NCBI GenBank assembly: GCA_902800045.1
Contig: CADCCZ010000007.1
Coordinates: 22,237 to 86,236 of the forward strand
Direction of reading: 5' to 3'
Source of the DNA: an uncultured Bacteroidia bacterium
GTDB taxonomy: Bacteria; Bacteroidota; Bacteroidia; Bacteroidales; ML635J-15
DNA length: 64,000 nt
The notes under the pieces are model-generated. The model was not told where the DNA came from, ran no database searches, and saw only the letters and a list, made by a program, of their open reading frames with translations. This document shows positions 1 to 8,122 of this stretch, piece after piece; the first letter of the stretch is position 1; the number at the start of each line of letters is the position of its first letter. The translations under genes were made by a program, and so were the position numbers.

Positions 1-2576
1 TCGTTTATTGCCAAGTCGTTATATTCAGCCTGCACGCCAATTCCAAACCTAATCTGCGTGTTAACCTCGACATTGTTTCCGCTGCAGTCGGTAATATTTT
101 CGCCGATGTTGAGCATATAGACCTTGCCACGCTGTATTTCGGCGTTGAACTTCATTTTTACAACTGTAAGCTGAGGCTCAATAATTTTCACAAATGTCGG
201 ATTCCCAAATTCTTCCACACTGAAATTCTGCGTACTAATCATTTCAGGCAAAACCACTTCGCTGAAATACACGACCACCGTATCGTTTACCACTTCGGCA
301 TCGGTCGGATATGGCATAATCCTGTCGGGATTGGTTGCGTTCACCGAGTTTTGTGTTCCGGGCGTACCACCGCGACGGTCGAGAGTAGAACGCCAGTTGG
401 CTGCGCCTTCGCACGGATTGTCGAGGTCAACCATTTCGAGCGAGTAGCCGCCCTGCGCCTTGAAGTTGTCGTCGTGCCACGACGACGAGAAAGTAAGCGT
501 GTGGATTATATTGTCGTTCTTGTCATATAGCGAAATCGTTGTACCGCCTTGCGCAAACGACGGCATACCATCAACACCAACGACATTCTCAAAATCTTCG
601 AATAAGAAAGCATTGTCGGCAGAAGTAAGCACCAGATACGACTTGGCATTTACGATTACCGACGGCAAAGCCTTAGTCGTTGAGCCAAGCGCAATTTTCC
701 ACCCCGACAAACTTACAGCATTGTCGCTACGGTTGTAAATCTCCACATACTTTGCATCGGGCAAATCGACCACAGGCGATGGCTTTGACATTATCTCGCT
801 GACTACTATTGTATTGAATGCAACTGGAACAGTCGAGAACTGCACCGTCTGCCTTTCCATGACATTTCCGCAAAGGTCGGCTATGTTTTCCACCGTAAGG
901 TTGTAGATGCGGTTCTGCTCGAACGACATTCCGAACATAAGCACCAGCAAGTTGGGATTATTGGCGTCAAGCCCCGCATAAACGGGGTTGCCGTAGTCGT
1001 TGTCGAGCAAAAAGTTGTCGAGCGAAAGCGTTGTTGTATCGATGGTTTCGGAAAAAGTAAGATGCAGTTCATTTGCCGAATTTATGCTCAAATCCATAAT
1101 CGACGGAGCTGTTTCGTCAACATTTGGTCCGAAAATCGAGTTCTGTACTCCAGGAGTACCGCCATTCTCGTTTTCGGAAGCCCGCCAGTTGGTTGACTGC
1201 TCGCAACGGTTGTTCGGGTCGATGCGTTCGAGCGACCATCCACCGTCCTTCTTGCCTGCATTCCTGTACCATGCCGACGAGTATGTAATCTTGTCAACCT
1301 CAGACATGAACTCGTTGTAAAGCGTGATGGTTGTTCCGCCGTTTGTCAACGCAGTCGCCGACAGGCTTAGAGGCAGAATATTTGTGATGTCGTAGAAAAG
1401 CGTATCGTTGCCGGTGCGACAAATCACCACATATTCCGACGGATACAGCATATATGCATCGAGTGTTTTTGAAGTCGTGCCGATTTTCAAAGTCCAGCCT
1501 TCGAGGTTTATGGCATCGGGCGAATTGTTGTAAAGTTCAATGTATTCGCTTTCGGGCAATCCGACGACTGGTGTCGGGTCGGCCATTATTTCGTTGATAA
1601 CCACCGAGCCAGTTCCTGCTGCCACAAAAGTCATCTGCGTGGTGGTTGCAGCTGCGGTGTTACCTTCGGTGTCGGACATTCCGCCGTAGGTAAGCGTGTA
1701 AGTTGTTCCGTTTGTGAAACTGCCAGCAAACTGCAAGACAATTTTTCGTGCATCGCCTTCCTGCAAAGTTGCAGAACTTGCCTGACCTATGCCGTTGTCC
1801 ATACTGAAATTGGTAGCGGAAACACTTTCCTCGTCGATTTCCTCATCGAACGAGAGCAGAATGCTGTTTTCGCTTGTGAAGCGTGCCGAAACCAATGCAG
1901 GGGGCTCTGTGTCAACCGTGTATGTTCCCGAAACGGAAATATCGTCGAACCACATTTTTGCAGCATTCGAAACCGTATATTTGCAGGCAAGGCCGAAATA
2001 CCTTGATGCCGAGTATGTCAAATCGGTGGTTTCGCCTTCGAGTGTGTATGTTCCCTCGTCGTTTATGTCGGTATAAAGTTTCCACTCGCCATCGGCGGAA
2101 CGTGTAACCTTGATTTTGAAAGTGTTGTTTGTACCAAGCGTAAGTGCGCGACCATCAATGATTTTGTTTGACGATGAAGCATTTTTGCGATACAGGCAAA
2201 CATTGTCGGTAGTTGAAACGCCGCAAACCCTGACAAAATAGCCAGCAGTGCAAGAAAATGGATTGGCATTGTCGGAAACTATGTAAACATCGCAAAAATT
2301 GTTGGTAGAAGGATTGAAGCCGTACCTTACCTTGAAAGTCCATTCGGCGCCATCGATTGCATGGCATTCGGTTGAGAGCATGGCTGTGGAAGCCTCAGAA
2401 TCGTTGAGTTGGAGTTCGCCTCCATTAACTTGAAACTTAGTGGTTTCGCCAGTCCACTGCGGATTAGCTGTAAAGTCGCCATCCGAAAAATCGTCGGTAA
2501 AGCCACCGTTGACCTGAGCGTTAGCCAGCGATACCGAGAAAAGTAAAATCGCAAATGCAAATATCTTGAAATACAT
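1..2576 (-). CDS. Secreted lamin-tail-domain (LTD) repeat protein; C-terminus lies beyond the window edge
   Basis: Absent from the ORF track because it has no in-window stop. My minus-strand translation from the ATG (plus 'cat' 2574-2576) gives the signal peptide MYFKIFAFAILLFSVSLANAQ and stays open to position 1. No listed minus ORF shares this frame. Two LTD-like signatures are present (VVINEIMADPTPVVGLPESEYIELYNNS..LEGWTLKIG and IVVSEIMSKPSPVVDLPDAKYVEIYNRS..LSGWKIALG), and a third begins at the edge (..DLAIN). Confidence 0.75.
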   Translation of the reverse strand, partial: MYFKIFAFAILLFSVSLANAQVNGGFTDDFSDGDFTANPQWTGETTKFQVNGGELQLNDSEASTAMLSTECHAIDGAEWTFKVRYGFNPSTNNFCDVYIVSDNANPFSCTAGYFVRVCGVSTTDNVCLYRKNASSSNKIIDGRALTLGTNNTFKIKVTRSADGEWKLYTDINDEGTYTLEGETTDLTYSASRYFGLACKYTVSNAAKMWFDDISVSGTYTVDTEPPALVSARFTSENSILLSFDEEIDEESVSATNFSMDNGIGQASSATLQEGDARKIVLQFAGSFTNGTTYTLTYGGMSDTEGNTAAATTTQMTFVAAGTGSVVINEIMADPTPVVGLPESEYIELYNNSPDAINLEGWTLKIGTTSKTLDAYMLYPSEYVVICRTGNDTLFYDITNILPLSLSATALTNGGTTITLYNEFMSEVDKITYSSAWYRNAGKKDGGWSLERIDPNNRCEQSTNWRASENENGGTPGVQNSIFGPNVDETAPSIMDLSINSANELHLTFSETIDTTTLSLDNFLLDNDYGNPVYAGLDANNPNLLVLMFGMSFEQNRIYNLTVENIADLCGNVMERQTVQFSTVPVAFNTIVVSEIMSKPSPVVDLPDAKYVEIYNRSDNAVSLSGWKIALGSTTKALPSVIVNAKSYLVLTSADNAFLFEDFENVVGVDGMPSFAQGGTTISLYDKNDNIIHTLTFSSSWHDDNFKAQGGYSLEMVDLDNPCEGAANWRSTLDRRGGTPGTQNSVNATNPDRIMPYPTDAEVVNDTVVVYFSEVVLPEMISTQNFSVEEFGNPTFVKIIEPQLTVVKMKFNAEIQRGKVYMLNIGENITDCSGNNVEVNTQIRFGIGVQAEYNDLAIN

Positions 2577-2598
2577 TAGTCTAACATTTAACAAATTG

Positions 2599-2606
2599 CA
2601 AAAGTA
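2599..2606 (-). promoter_or_regulatory. Bacteroidetes -7 box (TActTTTG on minus strand) for the LTD gene
   Basis: Plus-strand caaaagta is the reverse complement of TACTTTTG. It lies 22 nt upstream of the ATG at 2576. Confidence 0.45.
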
Positions 2607-2697
2607 ACCAAAATTTCTATTCATAAGCCTTTTTCTTCCAAATGTTGGTTTTTTATCAGTCAAACAAAAATATTATTGCTCGTAAACATAAAATCCC

Positions 2698-2705
2698 TAT
2701 ATTTG
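2698..2705 (+). promoter_or_regulatory. -7 box TAtaTTTG for the AT-rich two-gene island
   Basis: tatatttg is seen directly. It lies inside the alt-start ORF 2642..2914, just upstream of ATG 2711 and ATG 2732. Confidence 0.4.
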
Positions 2706-2731
2706 CCACAATGATACTAAGTTTTATTAAA

Positions 2732-2914
2732 ATGGAAGTTTTAGCCCACGAAGCTGGCCACAATTCTGCCACTGCATTTTCTCATTCTGAAAATTATGAT
2801 TATAAGCAAAAAGGATTACAGAGTTATAGAAAGGGATGGGTATATCCAACCGATAAAAACACTATCGGAATAATTGATGATGATGATAATAGAAAACACA
2901 TGACAATAAAATAA
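2732..2914 (+). CDS. Small hypothetical protein with an HEAGH (HExxH-like) motif; possibly an orphan C-terminal fragment
   Basis: The track ORF is 2642..2914. The promoter box inside it makes ATG 2711 (near-leaderless) or ATG 2732 (MEVLAHEAGHNSATAF..) the realistic starts. Its stop overlaps the next start as TAATG (2912-2916), which indicates translational coupling. Confidence 0.4.
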   Translation: MEVLAHEAGHNSATAFSHSENYDYKQKGLQSYRKGWVYPTDKNTIGIIDDDDNRKHMTIK

Positions 2915-3804
2915 TGAAACTTTCATTTGTAATATTAATACATTTTTGTATTGTTTTTTCTGTCGTAGCACAAGAGTACCCCGCTAAATATTATGGAGGA
3001 AACGAAAATTTAGAAGGACCTTTTAAATACGAAATGGGACAAGTATTTGGAGCCTGGGAAACATATTACCTATATTTTGACAAAACGGCTAATAATACCA
3101 AAGGCTATTTTTTATATACATGGGACACCGATGCAGGGAAAGCCTACGGGAAAGGCCAGTTTGAAAAATATAAGCATAGGGGGAAATATATTCTGAAGTA
3201 TGATGACCGTTTAAACGATACGGTTATATACGAATATAACAGCGAATTGTCCTCTGATACTTTATACATATACACATACAACAATTACGGATATTATTCT
3301 GATAGAGATTTTATTATTATGCTGGAATATGTCGACACAACAACTAATGACAAAAAAACTATAGATATGATAATTCATACTTTCCAAAGTAAGGACAGTA
3401 CAATATCAGGATGCTATTTCCCCATAGCAAAGCGTCACATAAGGAATATCAGGTCTAATTTTTTTATTATTAATGAATATGATATAAATATACAAACTGA
3501 GCACCTCGACAGCATAAATGTTGTCAATATAATTGGGAAAGAGCGTTATAATGAAGTAATACAGACAGGATATTGCGAAATGCTAAAAGTCAGAAAAGAT
3601 TATATAATCGATAAAAAAAGAATGATTGAATATGAATCCAACAGATATAAGCCAGACAAAGGAGCACGCCAAAATCGCCGTTCTTATAGAAGATATAGAA
3701 GATATTACTATGGCTGGTTAACGAGAAAAAAATATAAGGAATATAAGAAGAAATTTAGTGAATACGAAGCAGGACATAATTCTGCTGAAGCATTTGAAAT
3801 TTAG
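2914..3804 (+). CDS. Hypothetical secreted protein with a Tyr/Arg/Lys-rich C-terminal tail ending EYEAGHNSAEAFEI
   Basis: 296-aa ORF with the signal peptide MKLSFVILIHFCIVFSVVAQ. No family recognised. AT-rich codon usage. Confidence 0.55.
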   Translation: MKLSFVILIHFCIVFSVVAQEYPAKYYGGNENLEGPFKYEMGQVFGAWETYYLYFDKTANNTKGYFLYTWDTDAGKAYGKGQFEKYKHRGKYILKYDDRLNDTVIYEYNSELSSDTLYIYTYNNYGYYSDRDFIIMLEYVDTTTNDKKTIDMIIHTFQSKDSTISGCYFPIAKRHIRNIRSNFFIINEYDINIQTEHLDSINVVNIIGKERYNEVIQTGYCEMLKVRKDYIIDKKRMIEYESNRYKPDKGARQNRRSYRRYRRYYYGWLTRKKYKEYKKKFSEYEAGHNSAEAFEI

Positions 3805-3817
3805 CAAACAATAATCA

Positions 3818-5749
3818 TTAGAAATACATCCCCACCACCATCACATCATCTGTCTGCTCCAAGTCGTCACGCCACGAGTCAAGTTTTTCGGACAAGAACG
3901 ACTTTGCCTTATCGGGCTTCATCTGCGCACATTCCTGCAAAAGGGCGCGGAAGCGCGAATATTTCAGTTTTCCATCTGCACCAAACTGATCAGGATAACC
4001 ATCGGACGATAGGAAGACAACATCGCCAGAATTGATATTTATAATTTCTTCCGCAAATTCTTCATTTACAGCACTCCCCATTATTGCATTCGACGACTTG
4101 TACTCTCGCACTTCGGGCTTACAGGCTAACGGGCTAACAGACGAGCAGTCGCCTTTGTCGCCAGAAACAAGCCACATTTTTTGCTTGGAACCAAGAAAAC
4201 GAACCTCGTTGCCACAAATCCTAATCATCGACAAGCAGAGCGACTCGCCCTTGAGATTTTCGGCAGACGAAACAATCTCACAAAACTCATTGTTTATGAA
4301 AGACGCCATTTCGGGCAAAGTGTTGTACTTTTCTATTGCCGCATACACCGACTTTATGCCCAGCACCGACAGAAATCCGCCCGAAATTCCGTGCCCAGTG
4401 CAGTCGCCCACAACCACATACGAGGCATCGCCTTTGGTCTGCGAAATGTAAAAGTCACCACCGACTACGACCTTAGGACGGTCGAGGACAAACATCTGCA
4501 AGTTGCTTTCAGCCAGACTATTGCTCATACAGCCAAGTTGAATTTCGCGTGCATAGTCGAGGTTTGAGGAAATTTCCTCGTCGCGCTGCTTGAGGTCGGC
4601 GTTGAGTTTGTTCAAGGCTTTGTTTAGACGGTTTTTCTTCACAAGCAAAAATGCAATGACAGCGATGAAAATAAGTACGATAGCGATTATGGAGAAGAGG
4701 ATTGAGTTGAGGGTTTTCTGATGGGAGATTTCTTCGTCGCGGATTTTCAATTCAAGTTCAGATTTTTCGCGTTCGTTTCGGTTTTCTAGTTCATTAAGTT
4801 CTTTTCTTAAATCTGCTGAATATATACTGTCCCTTAAGGAATTATACATTTCAATATATAATATGGAATTCTCCAAATCGCCATTCTTCAAATAATAATC
4901 ATGGTAATTTTGATAAAGGATAAGTCGTATCTTGTCGAAACTATTTGCATTGCAAATACTATCAACCTCAGCCAAATAATCTATCGCCTTACCGTATTCT
5001 TCATGCTGTATATATATACTCGACATACTATTCAAAATCGAAGCATACATATAAATGTCTGTATTCGTATCAAGAAGCGACAAGATTTTTGCATAGTCGT
5101 TTTGCGCCTCATCGTAATTCCCTGTTAAGTGATGCAAATAGGCAAGATTATTAAGTACTGCAATTTTTATGTCTTTGTCAGTTGCAATGCTCAAAGCGCT
5201 GCTATACAAATGAAAAATTGTATCATAATCTTCTTTATCATAATAAAGATTGGCTATACTTACCAGTATACGGGCATATGAATCATCATCTTCACAAATT
5301 TTAGCATTCTCTAAAGCCTTATCATAATACTTGCTAGCTGTATTATTATCACCTGAATCATAGTATATTAAACCCATATTGTTGTATATCTTTGACAACA
5401 ATCTGGAATCATTTATCTTCTTAGCATATTTTTCAGACTTACCATAGTATTCAAGTGCTGCACTATAATCACCAAACTTGTATTTTACTAAGCCTTTGCA
5501 CCTATATCCTTCTGAAAGCCAACGTTCTGATGCCATTTTTTGCGCATACAACAAAATTGTATCGGCATACTTGTCAGATAAGTTATTATCTATGCGTGAA
5601 TAATAATCAAACAAGTCGTAGTACAGACTTGTCTTAGTTGCATCATCTGCTACCGCCAATTCATTTCTTAAACTATCCACATACTCATCCTGCGCAAAGC
5701 CACCCAATGCCAACACACAAAACAATATGCCAGTCAGGAAGTTTTTCAT
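3818..5749 (-). CDS. TPR-repeat / single-TM / PP2C (SpoIIE-family) serine phosphatase
   Basis: 643 aa. It has a signal peptide, Tyr/Leu-rich TPR-like repeats, a coiled coil, a TM segment (ILFSIIAIVLIFIAVIAFLLV) and C-terminal PP2C motifs (GGDFY, GDCTGHGISGGFLS, SDGYPDQFG, DDVMVVG). Confidence 0.8.
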   Translation of the reverse strand: MKNFLTGILFCVLALGGFAQDEYVDSLRNELAVADDATKTSLYYDLFDYYSRIDNNLSDKYADTILLYAQKMASERWLSEGYRCKGLVKYKFGDYSAALEYYGKSEKYAKKINDSRLLSKIYNNMGLIYYDSGDNNTASKYYDKALENAKICEDDDSYARILVSIANLYYDKEDYDTIFHLYSSALSIATDKDIKIAVLNNLAYLHHLTGNYDEAQNDYAKILSLLDTNTDIYMYASILNSMSSIYIQHEEYGKAIDYLAEVDSICNANSFDKIRLILYQNYHDYYLKNGDLENSILYIEMYNSLRDSIYSADLRKELNELENRNEREKSELELKIRDEEISHQKTLNSILFSIIAIVLIFIAVIAFLLVKKNRLNKALNKLNADLKQRDEEISSNLDYAREIQLGCMSNSLAESNLQMFVLDRPKVVVGGDFYISQTKGDASYVVVGDCTGHGISGGFLSVLGIKSVYAAIEKYNTLPEMASFINNEFCEIVSSAENLKGESLCLSMIRICGNEVRFLGSKQKMWLVSGDKGDCSSVSPLACKPEVREYKSSNAIMGSAVNEEFAEEIININSGDVVFLSSDGYPDQFGADGKLKYSRFRALLQECAQMKPDKAKSFLSEKLDSWRDDLEQTDDVMVVGMYF

Positions 5750-7230
5750 TTTCTCCTGAAAACTTTACCGATTACCCTCTTGTACATCGCCGTCATATCT
5801 TCCGAAAGGTCTAAATACAAGGTCGGCACGACAAACAAAATGCAGATTACCGCCGAACGCACCGCCAAGTCGAGTATCAAGTTGCCCAAATCGGGTATCA
5901 ACCACGACAGCAGATAAGCCACCGCACCGAAAAGCAACACTAACAAATGCTTAAGGCAGAACGGATTAAATCCAAATTTCAGCCTTACAAAAGCAATCCT
6001 TACCACAGAGTACACAAGGAAGGACAGCATTGAAGCCACCGCCGCGCCTGTAATGCCATAAATCGGCAACAGCCATACATTGAAACCAAATATCAATCCA
6101 ATGAGCATCACCATAATAAGCGTGTGATAACGGTAATATCTGCTGTACTGAATAATCTCGCCGCTCACGCTTGCTGCCATCTGTATGAGGTGCGAAATGG
6201 CAATGAACAAAATTACCAGCCTGCCATCGGCGTATTCGGGCGGAAGAATCTTGAGGATATTGTCGATGTTGCCCCACACCAGCACAAACAATATTACACC
6301 TATAATCAGCATGTTGGTTGTGCACTTGCGATATACTTTGAGCACCATGTCGTCGTCGCCGCTCTTGAACGACTCCGAAATCACCGTGCTCGAAATCCTT
6401 ATTATCGACCGACCAGGCAACAATATCATCGAACCGAAATAGAAGGCGATGGAATACACGCCAGTGGCGCTCAGGTCGCAGTAGTGATTGATGAAATAAC
6501 GGTCAATCTGATTGACAAACACCCCACTGAAACTTGAAATCACACCAAAGAACGCCACCGAGCACATAGCCCTGACGAACTCGCGCGTCAGCAGTTTCTT
6601 CGACGGCTTCAGCGACATATTTCCCTGCACTATGAGCAATATCAGCAACAAAACCGTAGGAACTCCGTAGGCCGCCACATAGTAGATTATGAAGCCGTTG
6701 AAGTCAAGTACTCCGAAATAGAACAGCCCGATGCCTATGAGGTTGAGTATTCGCAGAAGGAACTCCTTGACAAACAGCCCGAACGACGAATTGTAGAACA
6801 TCCGGTTATAGATATCGCTGAGCAGGTAGAATATGGTTATGTAAATCAGCGGCAGAAGCAGGAAAACATAGTCGGCAAATAGTTTCGACTTCTCAAGGTT
6901 TTGTGCCACAAGGTAGTCGCGTGCACCAAAATAGCCTGCGGTGCATACCAGCGAGCCGAATATTCCCACCGCGACAAGCAGGAACGGAAAGCCGTTGTGA
7001 CCTTTCTCGGGGTTGCGGAAGTATGGGAAAAACCTGACTATCACATTGGTAAAGCCAAAACAGCCGAATTGTCCCACAATAGACGACAGAGCAATAAGCA
7101 GGTTGGTAAGACCAATTTCGTCGGTGGTGAAAATCTGCGGCATAAGCAGGGCTACATTCACAAAACCTATGAATGCTCCGAGGTAGGAGTAAATCGAACC
7201 TTTTATTGTCTGTTTTGCAATGAGTCCCAT
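5746..7230 (-). CDS. MOP/Wzx-type polysaccharide (oligosaccharide) flippase
   Basis: 494-aa polytopic membrane protein typical of polysaccharide-biosynthesis flippases. Its stop overlaps the downstream PP2C gene's start by 4 nt. Confidence 0.7.
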   Translation of the reverse strand: MGLIAKQTIKGSIYSYLGAFIGFVNVALLMPQIFTTDEIGLTNLLIALSSIVGQFGCFGFTNVIVRFFPYFRNPEKGHNGFPFLLVAVGIFGSLVCTAGYFGARDYLVAQNLEKSKLFADYVFLLLPLIYITIFYLLSDIYNRMFYNSSFGLFVKEFLLRILNLIGIGLFYFGVLDFNGFIIYYVAAYGVPTVLLLILLIVQGNMSLKPSKKLLTREFVRAMCSVAFFGVISSFSGVFVNQIDRYFINHYCDLSATGVYSIAFYFGSMILLPGRSIIRISSTVISESFKSGDDDMVLKVYRKCTTNMLIIGVILFVLVWGNIDNILKILPPEYADGRLVILFIAISHLIQMAASVSGEIIQYSRYYRYHTLIMVMLIGLIFGFNVWLLPIYGITGAAVASMLSFLVYSVVRIAFVRLKFGFNPFCLKHLLVLLFGAVAYLLSWLIPDLGNLILDLAVRSAVICILFVVPTLYLDLSEDMTAMYKRVIGKVFRRK

Positions 7231-7688
7231 AAATCGTAGATGCTTTTTTTCGACTTTATGTTTTCAAATGGCAAGAGGTATGCTCCTGTAATACAGTCCA
7301 TTGAGCGCAAAGCAGTCATAGCCCTGTCGAGTCCGAACGAACTATAGTCACGGACAATGAAAAGGTAGTCGAAGTTGTGAAATTCGTCGATAAGGTAAAT
7401 TCCGTTGTGCCTGTTTGATATTAGCAGCAGGTCGGACTTTCGGAAACTGTCGATTGCATTTCCGTAAACCGAATAGGTATTTGGTTCTGATTGTGCAACA
7501 TTGTCGAACAGCGACATGGTCTGCTGCTGTTCCCTTTCCACCTCGATGCACGGAAGCAGGTAAAAGTCCATTCCAAATCCACGGACAAGACCAAACGCCA
7601 ACTTGTAGTCAATTTCCGATGTCGATATACCAACAATCTGGAAATTCACATTAGGCATATAGTCCAATTTTACCTTCGAAGTCTTCAT
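7203..7688 (-). CDS. IPExxxVDY family protein
   Basis: 161 aa. LIDEFHNFDYLFIV matches the family's (I)PExxx(V)DY signature region, and the N-terminus KVKLDY..NFQIVGIS is typical of the family. Confidence 0.55.
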   Translation of the reverse strand: MKTSKVKLDYMPNVNFQIVGISTSEIDYKLAFGLVRGFGMDFYLLPCIEVEREQQQTMSLFDNVAQSEPNTYSVYGNAIDSFRKSDLLLISNRHNGIYLIDEFHNFDYLFIVRDYSSFGLDRAMTALRSMDCITGAYLLPFENIKSKKSIYDLWDSLQNRQ

Positions 7689-7829
7689 AATGCAAACTTA
7701 CATAAAAAATTATTAGCAGTGGTAAAAATTGAGGAAATTCTTTTGTTTTCGGATATAGGCAAAATTTTTCAATGAGATTTTGTCTTGTAAAAAATTACAT
7801 AAGATGTTTGGCAGATAACAAAACATCAG

Positions 7830-7837
7830 TATCTTTG
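7830..7837 (+). promoter_or_regulatory. -7 box TAtcTTTG
   Basis: tatctttg lies 19 nt upstream of ATG 7857. Confidence 0.45.
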
Positions 7838-7856
7838 CAGATATAAAGAATTTAAT

Positions 7857-8072
7857 ATGGATACGGTAAAAATTAATATCGAATTGCCGTCGTGTGGACA
7901 ATATTCAAGAAAAGAACTTGAATATTTGGTTTATTCATACGCAATGACATTGATTAAGCGCAATGACATTGACGAATTTTCAGTTGAAGATGAATTGAAG
8001 GAACTAAAACGCCGTGCAATAGAAATGAAAAACGACCCAACTGTTTGCGTACCTATCGAAAATGTCACCTAA
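7857..8072 (+). CDS. Small acidic hypothetical protein (71 aa)
   Basis: ATG ORF preceded by a good -7 box. No family recognised. Confidence 0.35.
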   Translation: MDTVKINIELPSCGQYSRKELEYLVYSYAMTLIKRNDIDEFSVEDELKELKRRAIEMKNDPTVCVPIENVT

Positions 8073-8122
8073 ATTAATAGTTTGCTTTTGTTTTTTCATT
8101 GACATAAATTGAACCCAGAAAA

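Noticed and set aside
460-2560. Short ORFs of 60-106 aa on both strands inside 1-2576
   Set aside because: All are out of frame with the long minus-strand LTD reading frame, which stays open from 2576 to the window edge and carries a signal peptide and repeated LTD signatures.
2747-2761. HEAGH in the small ORF as the active site of a functional zinc metalloprotease
   Set aside because: The ORF is only 60-90 aa, with no third ligand or Met-turn region evident. The paralogous motif in the neighbouring protein reads YEAGH, so the conserved feature is not the HExxH dyad.
7693-7700. TAagTTTG box (minus strand) 4 nt upstream of the IPExxxVDY gene ATG
   Set aside because: It is too close to the start codon to serve as its -7 element unless the mRNA is leaderless. 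The first Met gives the family-typical N-terminus, so I did not annotate it as a promoter.
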